DNA of 63,732 nt, counting the filler, from an uncultured Clostridia bacterium (lineage in GTDB: Bacteria > Aerophobota > Aerophobia > Aerophobales > B3-G15): assembly GCA_964482715.1 (NCBI GenBank). It is 3 parts of 3 records of this genome, joined end to end, with 100 filler letters (N's around TTAATTAATTAA, not from the genome) between each part and the next. Parts side by side here need not be neighbours in the genome. Positions count along the whole stretch, not along the records: positions 25,773 to 50,680 come from CAYZYX010000028.1; 2 more parts are not named here. One strand, written 5' to 3'. Shown one piece after another: positions 30,387 through 40,718 of the stretch. Numbering within the stretch: the stretch's first letter is position 1; the number at the start of each line of letters is the position of its first letter. The translations under genes were made by a program, and so were the position numbers. The notes under the pieces were generated by a model, which ran no database searches, was not told the DNA's origin, and worked only from the letters and a program-made list of their open reading frames with translations.

Positions 30387-31591
30387 TTTGTATCGTTCAT
30401 GATCTTTTTTACTTCATTTAAAATCTCTCTTGCCACTTCTCTTTTACTCATTAAAGGAAAATCTTTAACTTCTCCCTTTCGATATATAAATATTACCTTA
30501 TTTGTATCCTCTTCAAATCCTGCTCCTGGTTGAGTCAGGTCATTGGCAACTATAAGATCTAAATTCTTTTGTTTGAGTTTTTTCCTTGCTCTTTCCTGCA
30601 AATTTTGGGTTTCTGCACAGAATCCTACAAGAATTTTTTTCCCTTTTATTTTTCCCATTTCTTCCAGAATGTCCGGATTTTTCACCAATTCTAAAACTAC
30701 CTTTTCACTACTTTCTTTTTTTATCTTTCCCTTCTCTCGAACCGAAGGGCGAAAATCTGCCGGTGCGGCAGCCATTATAAGCCCATCAACCTGAAGGAAA
30801 AATTCCTTCACTTTAGCTCTCATTTCTTCACAGGTTTTGATAGGATAAAAAAGCACCCCGGGAGGGGGTTCAAGAGTACTTGGACCACTGATCAAGATAA
30901 CCTTTGCCCCTCTTTTTTGAGCTTCTTCCGCAATGGCAAAACCCATTTTACCCGAAGAGTAATTACTTATAAATCTGACCTCGTCCCAGGGCTCCCTGGT
31001 TGGACCTGCGGTCACTATAAACGATTTTCCCTCCAGATCTTTCAAAAAGGAAAATATCTTCTCTACATAGTCTACAATGATTTGTGGTTCAGTCATTCTA
31101 CCTTTTCCTACCTCTCCACAGGCCAATTTTCCTGATTCAGGACCTATAAACCTGTATCCCAGAGCCTTAAGGTCGGAGATATTTCGTTGCACTACAGGAT
31201 TAGAATACATTTTCTCGTTCATTGCTGGAGCTATAACCACAGGAGCAGAGGTGGCCATTACAGTGGTGGTGAGTAGATCATCGGCAATTCCCGATGCTAT
31301 TTTTCCAATTATGTTGGCTGTGGCTGGTGCAATGAGCACAAGATCAGCCAGTTTAGACAAAGAGATATGTTTTATTACAGGTTCCTGGTCAAAAAGTCTT
31401 GTAGCCACCTTTTGATCAGCAAGGGTTTTCAGAGTGATAGGATGAATCAAAAATGTTGCCTCTCTGGTCATTATGGGGTAAACACTGGCTCCTCTTTCCC
31501 GGAGCAAACTCACGATTTCAGCCGCCTTGTAGGCTGCTATACTCGCCGTTACTCCCAGAACTATATTTTTTCCTTTTAGTATTGAACTCAT
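30383..31591 (-). CDS. coaBC: Bifunctional phosphopantothenoylcysteine decarboxylase/ligase
   Basis: SIAAYKA, APATAN, PAMN, LACG..GKGRM, TAGPTRE, RFISNYSSGKMG, DLIVAND. Confidence 0.97.
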   Translation of the reverse strand: MSSILKGKNIVLGVTASIAAYKAAEIVSLLRERGASVYPIMTREATFLIHPITLKTLADQKVATRLFDQEPVIKHISLSKLADLVLIAPATANIIGKIASGIADDLLTTTVMATSAPVVIAPAMNEKMYSNPVVQRNISDLKALGYRFIGPESGKLACGEVGKGRMTEPQIIVDYVEKIFSFLKDLEGKSFIVTAGPTREPWDEVRFISNYSSGKMGFAIAEEAQKRGAKVILISGPSTLEPPPGVLFYPIKTCEEMRAKVKEFFLQVDGLIMAAAPADFRPSVREKGKIKKESSEKVVLELVKNPDILEEMGKIKGKKILVGFCAETQNLQERARKKLKQKNLDLIVANDLTQPGAGFEEDTNKVIFIYRKGEVKDFPLMSKREVAREILNEVKKIMNDTK

Positions 31592-32211
31592 TCTCGAATA
31601 AAAGGGTTATCCTTTTTCTCTTTTCCCACGGTAGTTTCAGAACCATGACCTGGCAAAACTTTTATCTCCGGAGGTAAAACAAAAATCTTCTCCTTAATGG
31701 AAGATTTGAGAGTTGCAAAGTCCCCTCCAGGAAAATCAACTCTACCTATACCCCCGGCAAAAAGAGTATCTCCGCTGAAAACACACTTATCCACTTTCAA
31801 ACAAATGCTCCCGGGGGTATGACCAGGGGTATGCAGAATTCTTATTCTAAGAGAGCCAACTTGAAGCTCATCTCTGTCTTCAACTGGCGTATAAGAGAGA
31901 AAGAACGTTCGGGGATATCCTGTAAGATAAGAAAGATTTAATCTGGGGTCCTTTAAATAGGGGACATCAAGACTGTGAATCAAAAACTTTGCTCCTGTAG
32001 CTTTTTCAACAGATTCAATGGCACCAATGTGGTCAATATGGCCATGAGTTGCAACTATATAGAGTATATCAAGGTTATCTTCTCGAATTTTATTTAAGAT
32101 AAACCCCTCCTCGTCTCCAGGGTCAATAATAATTCCCTTTCCATTTTTACCCTCTGCCAGTACATAACAATTCACCTCAAAATTTCCAACTAAAAGTCTG
32201 TAAAGTAACAT
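31588..32211 (-). CDS. MBL-fold metallo-hydrolase (glyoxalase II-like)
   Basis: THGHIDH, HTPGHTPGS, FSGDTLF, PGHG. Confidence 0.92.
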   Translation of the reverse strand: MLLYRLLVGNFEVNCYVLAEGKNGKGIIIDPGDEEGFILNKIREDNLDILYIVATHGHIDHIGAIESVEKATGAKFLIHSLDVPYLKDPRLNLSYLTGYPRTFFLSYTPVEDRDELQVGSLRIRILHTPGHTPGSICLKVDKCVFSGDTLFAGGIGRVDFPGGDFATLKSSIKEKIFVLPPEIKVLPGHGSETTVGKEKKDNPFIRE

Positions 32212-32220
32212 TCTTTAAAC

Positions 32221-32736
32221 TCAATACTCTATTATAGAAAAAACATCATATTCGGCCAGCCTTTCTCTTCCCCTTAAGTAAGTAAGCTCTATAAGAAAGC
32301 ACACTCCAATTATCTTACCTCCCAACTTCTCCACCAGCTTACAGGTGGCCCGGGCTGTCCCACCTGTGGCTATCACATCATCAAAAACCAGAACTTTATC
32401 CCCTGGTTTAATGGCATCCTGGTGAATTTCTATCCGGTCCTTCCCGTATTCCAGATCGTAGCTTATTCTTTCCACTTTATAAGGTAGTTTTCCTGGTTTC
32501 CGGACCGGCACAAATCCCACTCCAAGCTCGTAAGCTAAAGCTGCTCCCAGGATAAATCCTCGAGATTCAGGACTAACAATATAATTCATCTTTCGCATTC
32601 TGTAATGGTCGGCCATTCTACGCACTGCCTCTGTAAAAGATCCTGGATCCTGAAGTAAGGGGGTAATATCCTTAAAAGACACCCCTTTTTTTGGAAAATC
32701 CTGTATCTCTCTTATCTTTTCTTTTAGATCAAGCAT
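32221..32736 (-). CDS. apt: Adenine phosphoribosyltransferase
   Basis: DFPKKGVSFKDITPLL, ESRGF, RKPGKLP, YDLEYG, DDVIATGGT. ATG at 32736 follows GGAGG. Confidence 0.96.
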   Translation of the reverse strand: MLDLKEKIREIQDFPKKGVSFKDITPLLQDPGSFTEAVRRMADHYRMRKMNYIVSPESRGFILGAALAYELGVGFVPVRKPGKLPYKVERISYDLEYGKDRIEIHQDAIKPGDKVLVFDDVIATGGTARATCKLVEKLGGKIIGVCFLIELTYLRGRERLAEYDVFSIIEY

Positions 32737-34433
32737 GTTTTCCTCCAATCTTTTATTTCCAGCTGTATACTGGATTTTCCACGCCATTTCTGTAAAAAAG
32801 GGACATAAAGAATGTCAATTAAATCCCCGGGAGCGATTTTTCTTTCGTTTTCACCAAAAACACTAAAACAAACTGCTTCAAATTCTTTTTTACCCTCGTG
32901 ACTACCAAGAATAATTTTCATCCCTCTGTTAATAGGCATAAGAGAGAGAATTTTCACCGAAGATGCCAGAAAAAGGAGAGGAGGATTCCCTGGACCAAAA
33001 GGGGAAAGTACATCAAGTTTCTCCAAAAGATCCAGGCTTAAGTTTTCCAATTCCAGTTTACTGTCAAAAAAAAGGGACGGAATAAAATCTTCTGGCGAAA
33101 GCACCTCAAGAGCAAAGGTGTTTAACCTTTCTTCCAGACAGGGAATATTTTTTCGGGGACAGGTTAAACCGGCAGCCATCTCATGGCCACCGAAACTCGT
33201 AATAAGATGTTTACATTGTTCCAGAGCCTTAAAAATTGAAAAACCCGGTATGCTTCTAGCTGAACCCCTCGCCTGATCTCCATTAATTGAAAACACAAGG
33301 GTTGGTCTATAGTATTTTTCCCGGATGTAAGAGGCAACAAGTCCAATTACACCGGTATGCCAGTTTTCTTTAGATAAAACCAAAACTGGTTTTAGTTTTT
33401 CTGGCAACATATCTTCTGCTTGCTGACACATCTTTTTCTCTAAACTCTGGCGACTGGAATTTTCACTGTTAAGTTTACGAGATAGAATTAAGGCTTCTTT
33501 GGGAGCCTGGGTCAAAATAAGTTTCACAGCAGTCTTTGCCAGTGATAAGCGCCCACAAGCGTTAATCCTGGGTACAAGAATGTGGGTTACTTCCTTTTCG
33601 GTTATTTTTCTACCCGCAAGACCCACTGCATTTATTAAAGCTCTGATTCCCAGGGGTGTGGTAGAAGTTGACAATTGATCCAGACCCAGTTTAACAAGGA
33701 TTCTATTTTCTCCTTTTAAACTCACAACATCGGCAAGAGTTCCCAGGGCAACAAGATCTAAATAGGACTGGAGTTTCTGCACGGGAAGGTCGAGTTTAAG
33801 GAAGAGAGCCTGCAAAAGTTTAAAGGCAACTCCAACTCCTGCCAGTTCTTTGAAAGGGTAATTACAATCTGGCTGATGCGGGTTAATAACAATAAAATCT
33901 GTGGGAATGGCTTTTTCTACTCGATGATGATCAGTCACTATGACTTCCATATCAAGTGAACGGGCAAATTCAATCTCTTCCAGAGATGAGGTACCACAGT
34001 CACAGGTAATTATAACCTTTATACCCCTGTGAAAAGCTTTTTTTACAGCTTTTTTATTTAAACCATAACCTTCATTTTGACGGTGGGGTATGTAGTAGTA
34101 AGACCGAAATTTAAAGTCTTGCATAAATCTTAAAAGCAGGCTCGTAGCTGTAATTCCATCTGCATCATAATCTCCATAAACTAAGATTTTTTCTTTACGC
34201 TTCAGGGAACAAAGAATTCTTTCTACCGCTTTGCTCATTCCCTTCATCAAAAAAGGATTGTGGAGTTTATCCCAGGAAGGATTAAGATAATCTTCAAACT
34301 CGAACTCTTCAAGTTCACGATTTAAAAGAAGCTTAACCAACAGAGGGAAGAGTTTATATTTTTGAGCAAGCGAGAGACAAAGGTTTTGATCAACCTCTTT
34401 TCTTAAAATCCATCTTTGGGGGACCGAAGCCAT
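32724..34433 (-). CDS. recJ: ssDNA-specific exonuclease RecJ
   Basis: YGDYDADG, DCGT, TDHH, PRINACGR, GSARS, GGHEMAAG. The promoter TTGACT-N16-TATAAT ends just before ATG 34433. Confidence 0.96.
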   Translation of the reverse strand: MASVPQRWILRKEVDQNLCLSLAQKYKLFPLLVKLLLNRELEEFEFEDYLNPSWDKLHNPFLMKGMSKAVERILCSLKRKEKILVYGDYDADGITATSLLLRFMQDFKFRSYYYIPHRQNEGYGLNKKAVKKAFHRGIKVIITCDCGTSSLEEIEFARSLDMEVIVTDHHRVEKAIPTDFIVINPHQPDCNYPFKELAGVGVAFKLLQALFLKLDLPVQKLQSYLDLVALGTLADVVSLKGENRILVKLGLDQLSTSTTPLGIRALINAVGLAGRKITEKEVTHILVPRINACGRLSLAKTAVKLILTQAPKEALILSRKLNSENSSRQSLEKKMCQQAEDMLPEKLKPVLVLSKENWHTGVIGLVASYIREKYYRPTLVFSINGDQARGSARSIPGFSIFKALEQCKHLITSFGGHEMAAGLTCPRKNIPCLEERLNTFALEVLSPEDFIPSLFFDSKLELENLSLDLLEKLDVLSPFGPGNPPLLFLASSVKILSLMPINRGMKIILGSHEGKKEFEAVCFSVFGENERKIAPGDLIDILYVPFLQKWRGKSSIQLEIKDWRKTCLI

Positions 34434-34475
34434 AGGGCTATTATAGAACATACATAGATTTAGTCAATTTCGTTT

Positions 34476-35435
34476 TTAATAATAATTTCTCCATCCAGGA
34501 GAAGTAAAGATACTCATACCTTCACCTATTATCATAGCTTCAACATCGGGAAGCTCATTTATAATTTTCATACCTTTATCAGGACCTAAAACAAAGATTC
34601 CTGTAGCAAGAGCATCAGCAGTGGTGGTATCGGGAGCAATTATAGTAACCGACATGGGATTTCCTTGAATTGTCCATCCAGTAAAGGGATTTATAATATG
34701 TCCGTGTCTTCTTCCTTCAATCACGTAATATCTACGATAGTCACCAGAGGTAGCAACCGCCTTATTGCTTATCTTAATAATTCCTACAATTTTTCCCTCC
34801 TCTCGGGGATGCTGAATGCCCACTCTCCACTTGCCATGAGGACCTTCTCCGAGACAGAAAAGATCTCCTCCTGCATTCACGAGAGCATTTTTAACCCCTC
34901 TTCTTTTAAGAACACCTATGGCTTTGTCTACTGCGTAACCCTTAGCTATACCTCCCAGATCCAGTCTCATCCCCTCATTTTTCAATTTAACCCTGCCGTT
35001 CTCCACAGCTATGTTTCTGTAACCTACAAGAGAACGTGCTCTTTCCAGCTCTTTGCTGAATGGGACCCTCCCCCTAAGTTCTGCATTCCTCCACAAATCA
35101 ACCAGAGGGCCCACACTAATATCAAAAGCCCCCCCGGTTATTTGCGAAAATTCAACAGCTTTCTTAATTACCTCCGCCGTCCAGTTAGAAACTTCCCCTT
35201 CACCTTTCTGATTTAAAAGATAAATCTCGCTTCCTGGAAGCTGATCGCTCATAAGATTTTCCACCTTTTTAATCACAGAAAAGGCTCCATTAATATCTTC
35301 TCTGCTTCCGTCACAGATTATAGTAACATAAGTCCCCATTAGAATACGGGTTTGGGTTATGTATTTTGAACTCCCTGCCTCACTCAAAATCAAAAGAGAA
35401 AGAACAACAACAAAAAAGTAACAAAAATTTCTCAT
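34476..35435 (-). CDS. apbE: FAD:protein FMN transferase
   Basis: MGT, GAFDISVGPL, DLGGIAKGYAVD, NAGGD, ATSGDY, HIINP, ADALAT. Confidence 0.94.
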   Translation of the reverse strand: MRNFCYFFVVVLSLLILSEAGSSKYITQTRILMGTYVTIICDGSREDINGAFSVIKKVENLMSDQLPGSEIYLLNQKGEGEVSNWTAEVIKKAVEFSQITGGAFDISVGPLVDLWRNAELRGRVPFSKELERARSLVGYRNIAVENGRVKLKNEGMRLDLGGIAKGYAVDKAIGVLKRRGVKNALVNAGGDLFCLGEGPHGKWRVGIQHPREEGKIVGIIKISNKAVATSGDYRRYYVIEGRRHGHIINPFTGWTIQGNPMSVTIIAPDTTTADALATGIFVLGPDKGMKIINELPDVEAMIIGEGMSIFTSPGWRNYY

Positions 35436-35448
35436 TTTTAGCCCGATT

Positions 35449-37650
35449 TTATCCTAAAATTACAGGCTCTATATTGAATCTATGACAGAAAATATCGCGA
35501 AGTTGCTCATCTACTGTAAAGTAAAATATCTGCCATCCCTCATCTCTTAATCTCTGACACACACCAACCTGTTCCTTTTTTCTCTTTGTATCCGAAGTTA
35601 GAAAAGGATCATCCAGAAGAAGAAAAGCTGCCCGAGAAAGTGCCCTTTTTAAAATTCCAAGCCTTAACGAAAAAAACAGCTGATCCTGAGTCCCACTGCT
35701 TAATCTGTCCACGGAAAATCTGCTTCCATCCTTCCTTTCCACAAATATGTTCCCTGATTCCCAAATAACTTTCCTGTATTCACCCGAGGTTATCTTACAG
35801 AAATAAAAGCTGACCCCGCCTTTTTCATCAAGAAGTGTCTCCACGAATACCTTGTCCATATCTTGACCTACCCCATCAAGAATCTCCCAGGCAAGGAAAG
35901 CCGCTTCCTTTTCCTCCTGGTAAAAAGAAAGAGTATCTTCAATTTCCTGAAGTTCTCTCCAGATCTGGGTAGGTTCTTTTATATTTAACCTGCCAAGTTC
36001 TCCTCCCACGAAACTACTTATTTGTCTACTTAAATCTTCAATCTCGTCTGTTAGCCAGTTAAGCTCTTTCTCCAGGTCCTCCTCTGTTCCAAGTTCCTCA
36101 GCACCATCTGGTGGTGAAAGCTTCCTTTCCGCCTCCTTTTTCCATAGCTTTGAGTCACTTGTTTCAATAAGAGTTTCCAGTTCACGCTCTGCCAGTTTTA
36201 TCCTGTTTAGAATGTCTTTTTTCTGTCTCATCTTATCTTCAAATTCGGCTACAGAAAAAAGACCTGTTTTGTTCTTCATCTTTTTTATTTCATCTAACGT
36301 AGTCTCAATCTCGCTTTTTATTATGTTCAACTCCTCTTCTTTTCTTTGTTGCTGCAAAAAAATCTTCTCCTTATCACCAATTAAATACTGTATTTTTGCC
36401 TCAATCTGGGAGATCTTTGAATTAAGATGGTCATATCTTTCTAAAAGTTCGGTCAAAGATCGACAATCTGGCCAAATTTCTCTTCCTTTCATCAAGGTGT
36501 TTTCCTCTCTTTTTTTGAGATTTAGATTTTTTACATTTGTTACAAAAACAAAAATCAAAATCAAAGCTCCTGCTCCCATCAAAACTAAACTACCGGATTT
36601 CCAGAGATTTTTGAGCAAAAAAAAGAGAGAGATTCCAGCAAGAACTGCACCAAAGAAGCTAAGATATATCAGGTTTATAATATTGCTAAGCGCTGTATTT
36701 CTGCGAGCTAAGATTTCTTTAACCTCCTGAATCAGTGAAAGCCTTAAAATTCTATCCTTTTCTTTTAACAAATTTTCTTTTTCCATACCAAGATTAGAAA
36801 GTTCTCTTTCTTTCCTTTTTAACTCTTCTTTCAGCTGTTCTAAATACTCCCTTTTACTTTTTTGATCTGATAGTAGAGCTTTGAATTGATTTTCTTTTTC
36901 TTCCCATGTCTTCAGATCCTCTTCATCATACCTGTGGTATTTCTCAAGAATCTCACTATTTCTCAACCAATTGCTATAGGCTTTTTTAATCTGTTGATTT
37001 TTTTTGTAAGCCTTAAAAAGTTTTATTTTTTCAAGCTTTTGTTTCAAAAAGGCTTTCTTCTCTGATTTTTCCTTTAATTTTTTTTCCTTTTCTCTTATCT
37101 CTTTTAATCTTTCAATAGCCGCAAGAAGTTCTTCTCGTCTTTTCCTTTTTTCTTCAATTTCACTTTTCCGGCGAATAGCTCTACGATCACTCCAGTCACC
37201 ACCTGGAGTAAGACCAACTTCCTCTCCAATTTTCTCTTTTATTTTTTCCACGTTCACAGGAATTCCTGACAAAAATTCCTTTACCTTATCCTGCCACTTT
37301 CTGTCTTCCCTTAAAGAAAGGTCGCTGGCTCTAATTATAAAAAGCCTTGCCAGATGGTAATGAGGAAGATTAATAATCTTTTCAAATTTGTGCTGACCGG
37401 GAAATATATAATCTCTCCCCAGATCCTCAACTATTACAGTTATCCTGGACTCTCCCTGGAGGAGGCTGTCATGAAAACGATCCTGCCCGTCAAATATACT
37501 CCTCTTCTGAAAAAGTGCCGTAGTTAAGGCATCAATAAGAGCAGTTTTGCCGGTTTCATTGCTACCATAGACAAGTTCAACGTCATGACATTTTCTGTAA
37601 AACTTTTTTACGGGACCATAGTTTTCTATTATAATTTCTCTTATCCTCAT
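35449..37650 (-). CDS. Rad50/SbcC-like (YhaN-type) coiled-coil ATPase with central transmembrane hairpin
   Basis: Walker A GSNETGKT, long coiled coils, two hydrophobic helices mid-protein, signature LSSGTQDQ, Walker B LLLDDPF. Confidence 0.85.
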   Translation of the reverse strand: MRIREIIIENYGPVKKFYRKCHDVELVYGSNETGKTALIDALTTALFQKRSIFDGQDRFHDSLLQGESRITVIVEDLGRDYIFPGQHKFEKIINLPHYHLARLFIIRASDLSLREDRKWQDKVKEFLSGIPVNVEKIKEKIGEEVGLTPGGDWSDRRAIRRKSEIEEKRKRREELLAAIERLKEIREKEKKLKEKSEKKAFLKQKLEKIKLFKAYKKNQQIKKAYSNWLRNSEILEKYHRYDEEDLKTWEEKENQFKALLSDQKSKREYLEQLKEELKRKERELSNLGMEKENLLKEKDRILRLSLIQEVKEILARRNTALSNIINLIYLSFFGAVLAGISLFFLLKNLWKSGSLVLMGAGALILIFVFVTNVKNLNLKKREENTLMKGREIWPDCRSLTELLERYDHLNSKISQIEAKIQYLIGDKEKIFLQQQRKEEELNIIKSEIETTLDEIKKMKNKTGLFSVAEFEDKMRQKKDILNRIKLAERELETLIETSDSKLWKKEAERKLSPPDGAEELGTEEDLEKELNWLTDEIEDLSRQISSFVGGELGRLNIKEPTQIWRELQEIEDTLSFYQEEKEAAFLAWEILDGVGQDMDKVFVETLLDEKGGVSFYFCKITSGEYRKVIWESGNIFVERKDGSRFSVDRLSSGTQDQLFFSLRLGILKRALSRAAFLLLDDPFLTSDTKRKKEQVGVCQRLRDEGWQIFYFTVDEQLRDIFCHRFNIEPVILG

Positions 37651-38735
37651 GTTCTTAATTTCTCTAAAGCAGTAAGTGTAAGTTCAAGGGCTCTTTTTTT
37701 TATGTGATCTTTTCTTTTTGCCTGATCCAGTTTTTCCAAAAACAGCTTAATAGTGGGATTTCTGGTCAATTCTATCCAGTATCTGGCCCGGGAGACGAGT
37801 TCAATGTGATGAAATTTAGCTTGATACCTATTCTCAATCCTTTTAACTTCCTCTCTAAATTCTGGTTCTCCCAGACTTATAAATCCCCTGATTTCTCCTC
37901 GAAGCATAATCTGATTATTACTCAGGTTTTCAATCTCTTCTTCAATTTGAGTAAGTATCTCCTTTTCTCTCCCCGGAAAAACCATCCATTCCCTCACTTT
38001 CCAGTAAACCGATGGTTCTACAGCTACTTTTTGGACAGTAATTTTCTTATTTTTTTCAATCTCTACAAGAGACACAAATCTCTCCCCCACCGATCTTCTA
38101 CTGGTAGCTACAGGAGAGCCAGGATAAATAACCTGTGTTTGCCCACAGGGTATGTGTGTAAACTTTGAATGATAATGTCCGAGCGCAAGATAGCCTATTT
38201 TGAATTTCTCCTCAATATCCCAACTAAAAATTGGCATGTAACGGGAATCCTCTCCTAATTCCATGTATATTTGGGAACAGGCACGATGGTAGAAAGTCCC
38301 ATGAGCTATGACAATATCAAAGTATTCTTCTGGAGAAATTTTTCCCATTAACTGTGAAAATTCCCTTTCCGGCTGGAAGGGAACACCCAGAATTTTCACT
38401 TCCTTAATAGTGATATGCGTAGGTTCTCCATAAAATAAAAAGACGTTGTCACCATAATAAGTATCAGACGAGAAGGATTGAAAGTCATGATTTCCAGGAA
38501 TAATCAAAACAGGAAATTCCTTTCCACACTGAAATATCTCTTTTATTCGGGGACGCAAGAAAGTTGCATCCAAGTCACTTTCGAAAAGATCACCAGCTAT
38601 AATTAGACCATCTGCAATTTCCCTTGCTTTAGATAGTATCCAGGAGAGAACATCCAGACGGTATGGGTCATCTCTCTTTAAATGAATATCAGCTGTATGA
38701 AGAAATCTAATCCCCATTATTAAATCAGACCCCAC
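37647..38735 (-). CDS. Mre11/SbcD-like metallophosphoesterase nuclease
   Basis: HTADIHL, AGDLFE, PGNHD, AHG, LALGHYH, YPGSP. The start may be at MGIRF. Confidence 0.88.
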   Translation of the reverse strand: MGSDLIMGIRFLHTADIHLKRDDPYRLDVLSWILSKAREIADGLIIAGDLFESDLDATFLRPRIKEIFQCGKEFPVLIIPGNHDFQSFSSDTYYGDNVFLFYGEPTHITIKEVKILGVPFQPEREFSQLMGKISPEEYFDIVIAHGTFYHRACSQIYMELGEDSRYMPIFSWDIEEKFKIGYLALGHYHSKFTHIPCGQTQVIYPGSPVATSRRSVGERFVSLVEIEKNKKITVQKVAVEPSVYWKVREWMVFPGREKEILTQIEEEIENLSNNQIMLRGEIRGFISLGEPEFREEVKRIENRYQAKFHHIELVSRARYWIELTRNPTIKLFLEKLDQAKRKDHIKKRALELTLTALEKLRT

Positions 38736-39060
38736 CTCTTATCTGTTTTTCGGCAATATCTCCCACGATTGGGAGTTTATACATTTCTCCTTTGTAGGCT
38801 TTAAACATTAATACCAACCAGAGTATAAGGATCAATATCCATACAAGTCCAGCAAGAACCCATCCAACGATGGGTATATGTCTCAGTATCCAGGCTATTA
38901 CAGAAAGAGGTAAAAAAGTTAAAAGAGACTGGAAAGCATGAAATCTTACAAATTCGTTTTCCTTTTCCAGTAATAAAAAAACAATTCCAGATACCCAGCC
39001 TAACACGTAACATAAAAGCCCCGCTAAATTTTCTTCCAGGTTCATTGATGTCTTGGGCAT
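38725..39060 (-). CDS. DUF4870-family small membrane protein
   Basis: ENLAGLLCY, EKENEFVRFHAFQS, KAYKGEMYKLPIVGDIAEK. Confidence 0.85.
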   Translation of the reverse strand: MPKTSMNLEENLAGLLCYVLGWVSGIVFLLLEKENEFVRFHAFQSLLTFLPLSVIAWILRHIPIVGWVLAGLVWILILILWLVLMFKAYKGEMYKLPIVGDIAEKQIRGGV

Positions 39061-39097
39061 TTTGTTCTCCTCTTTGATTTATATTTGATTTATAAAT

Positions 39098-39781
39098 TTA
39101 AAGAAGACCCTTTTCTGCAAAACTGTAATAGGTGTTATCGCCAATAATTATATGATCTACCAATTTTATTTGCATAGCTTCAGCTACCTCCTTTAGCTTA
39201 TAGGTAAATCTTTTATCCTCTGAACTCGGTTGGGGATCACCTGAAGGATGATTATGACAGCAGATTATTCCTGCAGCAAAATTTTGAAGACTGTGGAATA
39301 TTATCTCTCTTATGTAAGGGTTAGCCTGACTCACAGTTCCCTCCTCAACTTCCATTACTTTCACTATATTATTTTTAGCGTCAAGAAAAAGAACTTTAAA
39401 TACCTCCTTTTTTAGATCACGCAGGCGGGGCATCATAAACTCTGCCACTCTTCCTGGAGAGCTGGCCTTCCCCTCTACTTTTCTCTCTTCTGTAATCAGA
39501 CGCCGTCCTATTTCGATAGCAACTCTTATTCTGGCTAATTTAGTTCTACCAATTCCTTTGAATTCTTGCCAACTGCTAAGATCGGTGTGAGCCAAGTTAC
39601 GAAGACTCCCGAACTTGTTCAAAATCCTCCGGGCAAGATCCACCGCACTTTCCCCGGTGTTGCCGGTTCCAAGAAGGATAGCCAGAAGTTCAGTATTACT
39701 TAGAGTGTGCTCACCAAATTTAAATAACTTCTCTATAGGCCTGTCATCCTCGGGCCAATTTTTTATACTCCGTGCCATCAT
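39098..39781 (-). CDS. radC: RadC (JAB-domain) protein
   Basis: WPEDDRP.EKL, LSNTELLAILL.TG, HhH GIG, HNHPSGDPQPS.ED, DHIIIG. Confidence 0.95.
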   Translation of the reverse strand: MMARSIKNWPEDDRPIEKLFKFGEHTLSNTELLAILLGTGNTGESAVDLARRILNKFGSLRNLAHTDLSSWQEFKGIGRTKLARIRVAIEIGRRLITEERKVEGKASSPGRVAEFMMPRLRDLKKEVFKVLFLDAKNNIVKVMEVEEGTVSQANPYIREIIFHSLQNFAAGIICCHNHPSGDPQPSSEDKRFTYKLKEVAEAMQIKLVDHIIIGDNTYYSFAEKGLL

Positions 39782-39830
39782 TTTCTTAAATTAATATATC
39801 AAATTAAGCTTCCAAGTCAAAAACACAGGG

Positions 39831-40124
39831 CTGACATTGGAATACTTTTTACCCATATCTTTCTCTTTAGGCTCCCGGGTATCTCGGAGTGAATTGAGAG
39901 GAAAATATTCCCCGCTGACATAGCTTCGCTCGCTGCTTTCCCGGGGCAAAAAAGATGCCCTCGCACAGGTTTTATCTCACTTAAAAGTTAAGTACAGCAG
40001 GCCTTTTCTTTTTGTGGGTGCAACATTGGCTACCATGTAAAGGCCGGCTGCTCGCCAAAAAGAGACTTCCTTGCAAGGTATCTGGGAGCCTTTATCTTCG
40101 TGAGAAAAAATGTTCCAATTTCAG
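39831..40124. mobile_element. MITE-like structured repeat, copy 1 (294 bp)
   Basis: Ends CTGACATTGGAATACTTTTT / AAAAAATGTTCCAATTTCAG. Flanked by CACAGGg / CACAGGa. Homologous to 43911-44146 (inverted) and 50781-50943. Confidence 0.75.
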
Positions 40125-40169
40125 CACAGGATAGTATAAAAGATGTTCTGTCTTCAGGGTGCCAGTAAC

Positions 40170-40199
40170 TTGACACCTTCTCCTGGTATTTGCTATATT
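40170..40199 (+). promoter_or_regulatory. sigma70-type promoter
   Basis: TTGACA-N18-TATATT with TG extended -10. Confidence 0.6.
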
Positions 40200-40235
40200 A
40201 ACCAGCGGGATTTCTTTTTAACAAAAAGCTTTTTG

Positions 40236-40718
40236 ATGAAAAATAAAACTCAAAGAAAAGACATATTAATTATAGGAATAGGAAATATACTATTAGGAGA
40301 TGAGGGAGTCGGAGTTCATGTAATAAGGGAGCTCGAAAAAATAAGGCTCCCAAAAAATGTTGAAGTTATAGACATGGGAGTTGCCACTTTTTATCTTCCC
40401 TCTTATATAGCCGAAAGAAAAAAAATTATCCTTGTAGATGCTGTAGAGGGAGGGGGAAAAGCAGGAGACATATACCGCCTCCTGCCAGAAGATATAGAAA
40501 GAAAGGAGAGAATAATTTTCTCATTGCACGAAATAAATATTAGCAACATTATTGACATTCTTCGACTCGAAAAACCTACGGTTGATGTTGTTATTGTGGG
40601 AGTGGAACCAGGAGAGATAAAGTGGGGTGTGGAACTATCTCCTCCTCTAAAAGAAAAACTTCCAGCCGTAATAAACTTTATTCTTCAGGAAATTTCTTCC
40701 TTTAAAAAGGAGCCTTGA
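40236..40718 (+). CDS. Hydrogenase maturation protease (HyaD/HybD family)
   Basis: GIGNILLGDEGVGVHV, VIDMG, VDAV, SLHE, GVELSP. The start was moved to the ATG at 40236, downstream of the promoter. Confidence 0.9.
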   Translation: MKNKTQRKDILIIGIGNILLGDEGVGVHVIRELEKIRLPKNVEVIDMGVATFYLPSYIAERKKIILVDAVEGGGKAGDIYRLLPEDIERKERIIFSLHEINISNIIDILRLEKPTVDVVIVGVEPGEIKWGVELSPPLKEKLPAVINFILQEISSFKKEP

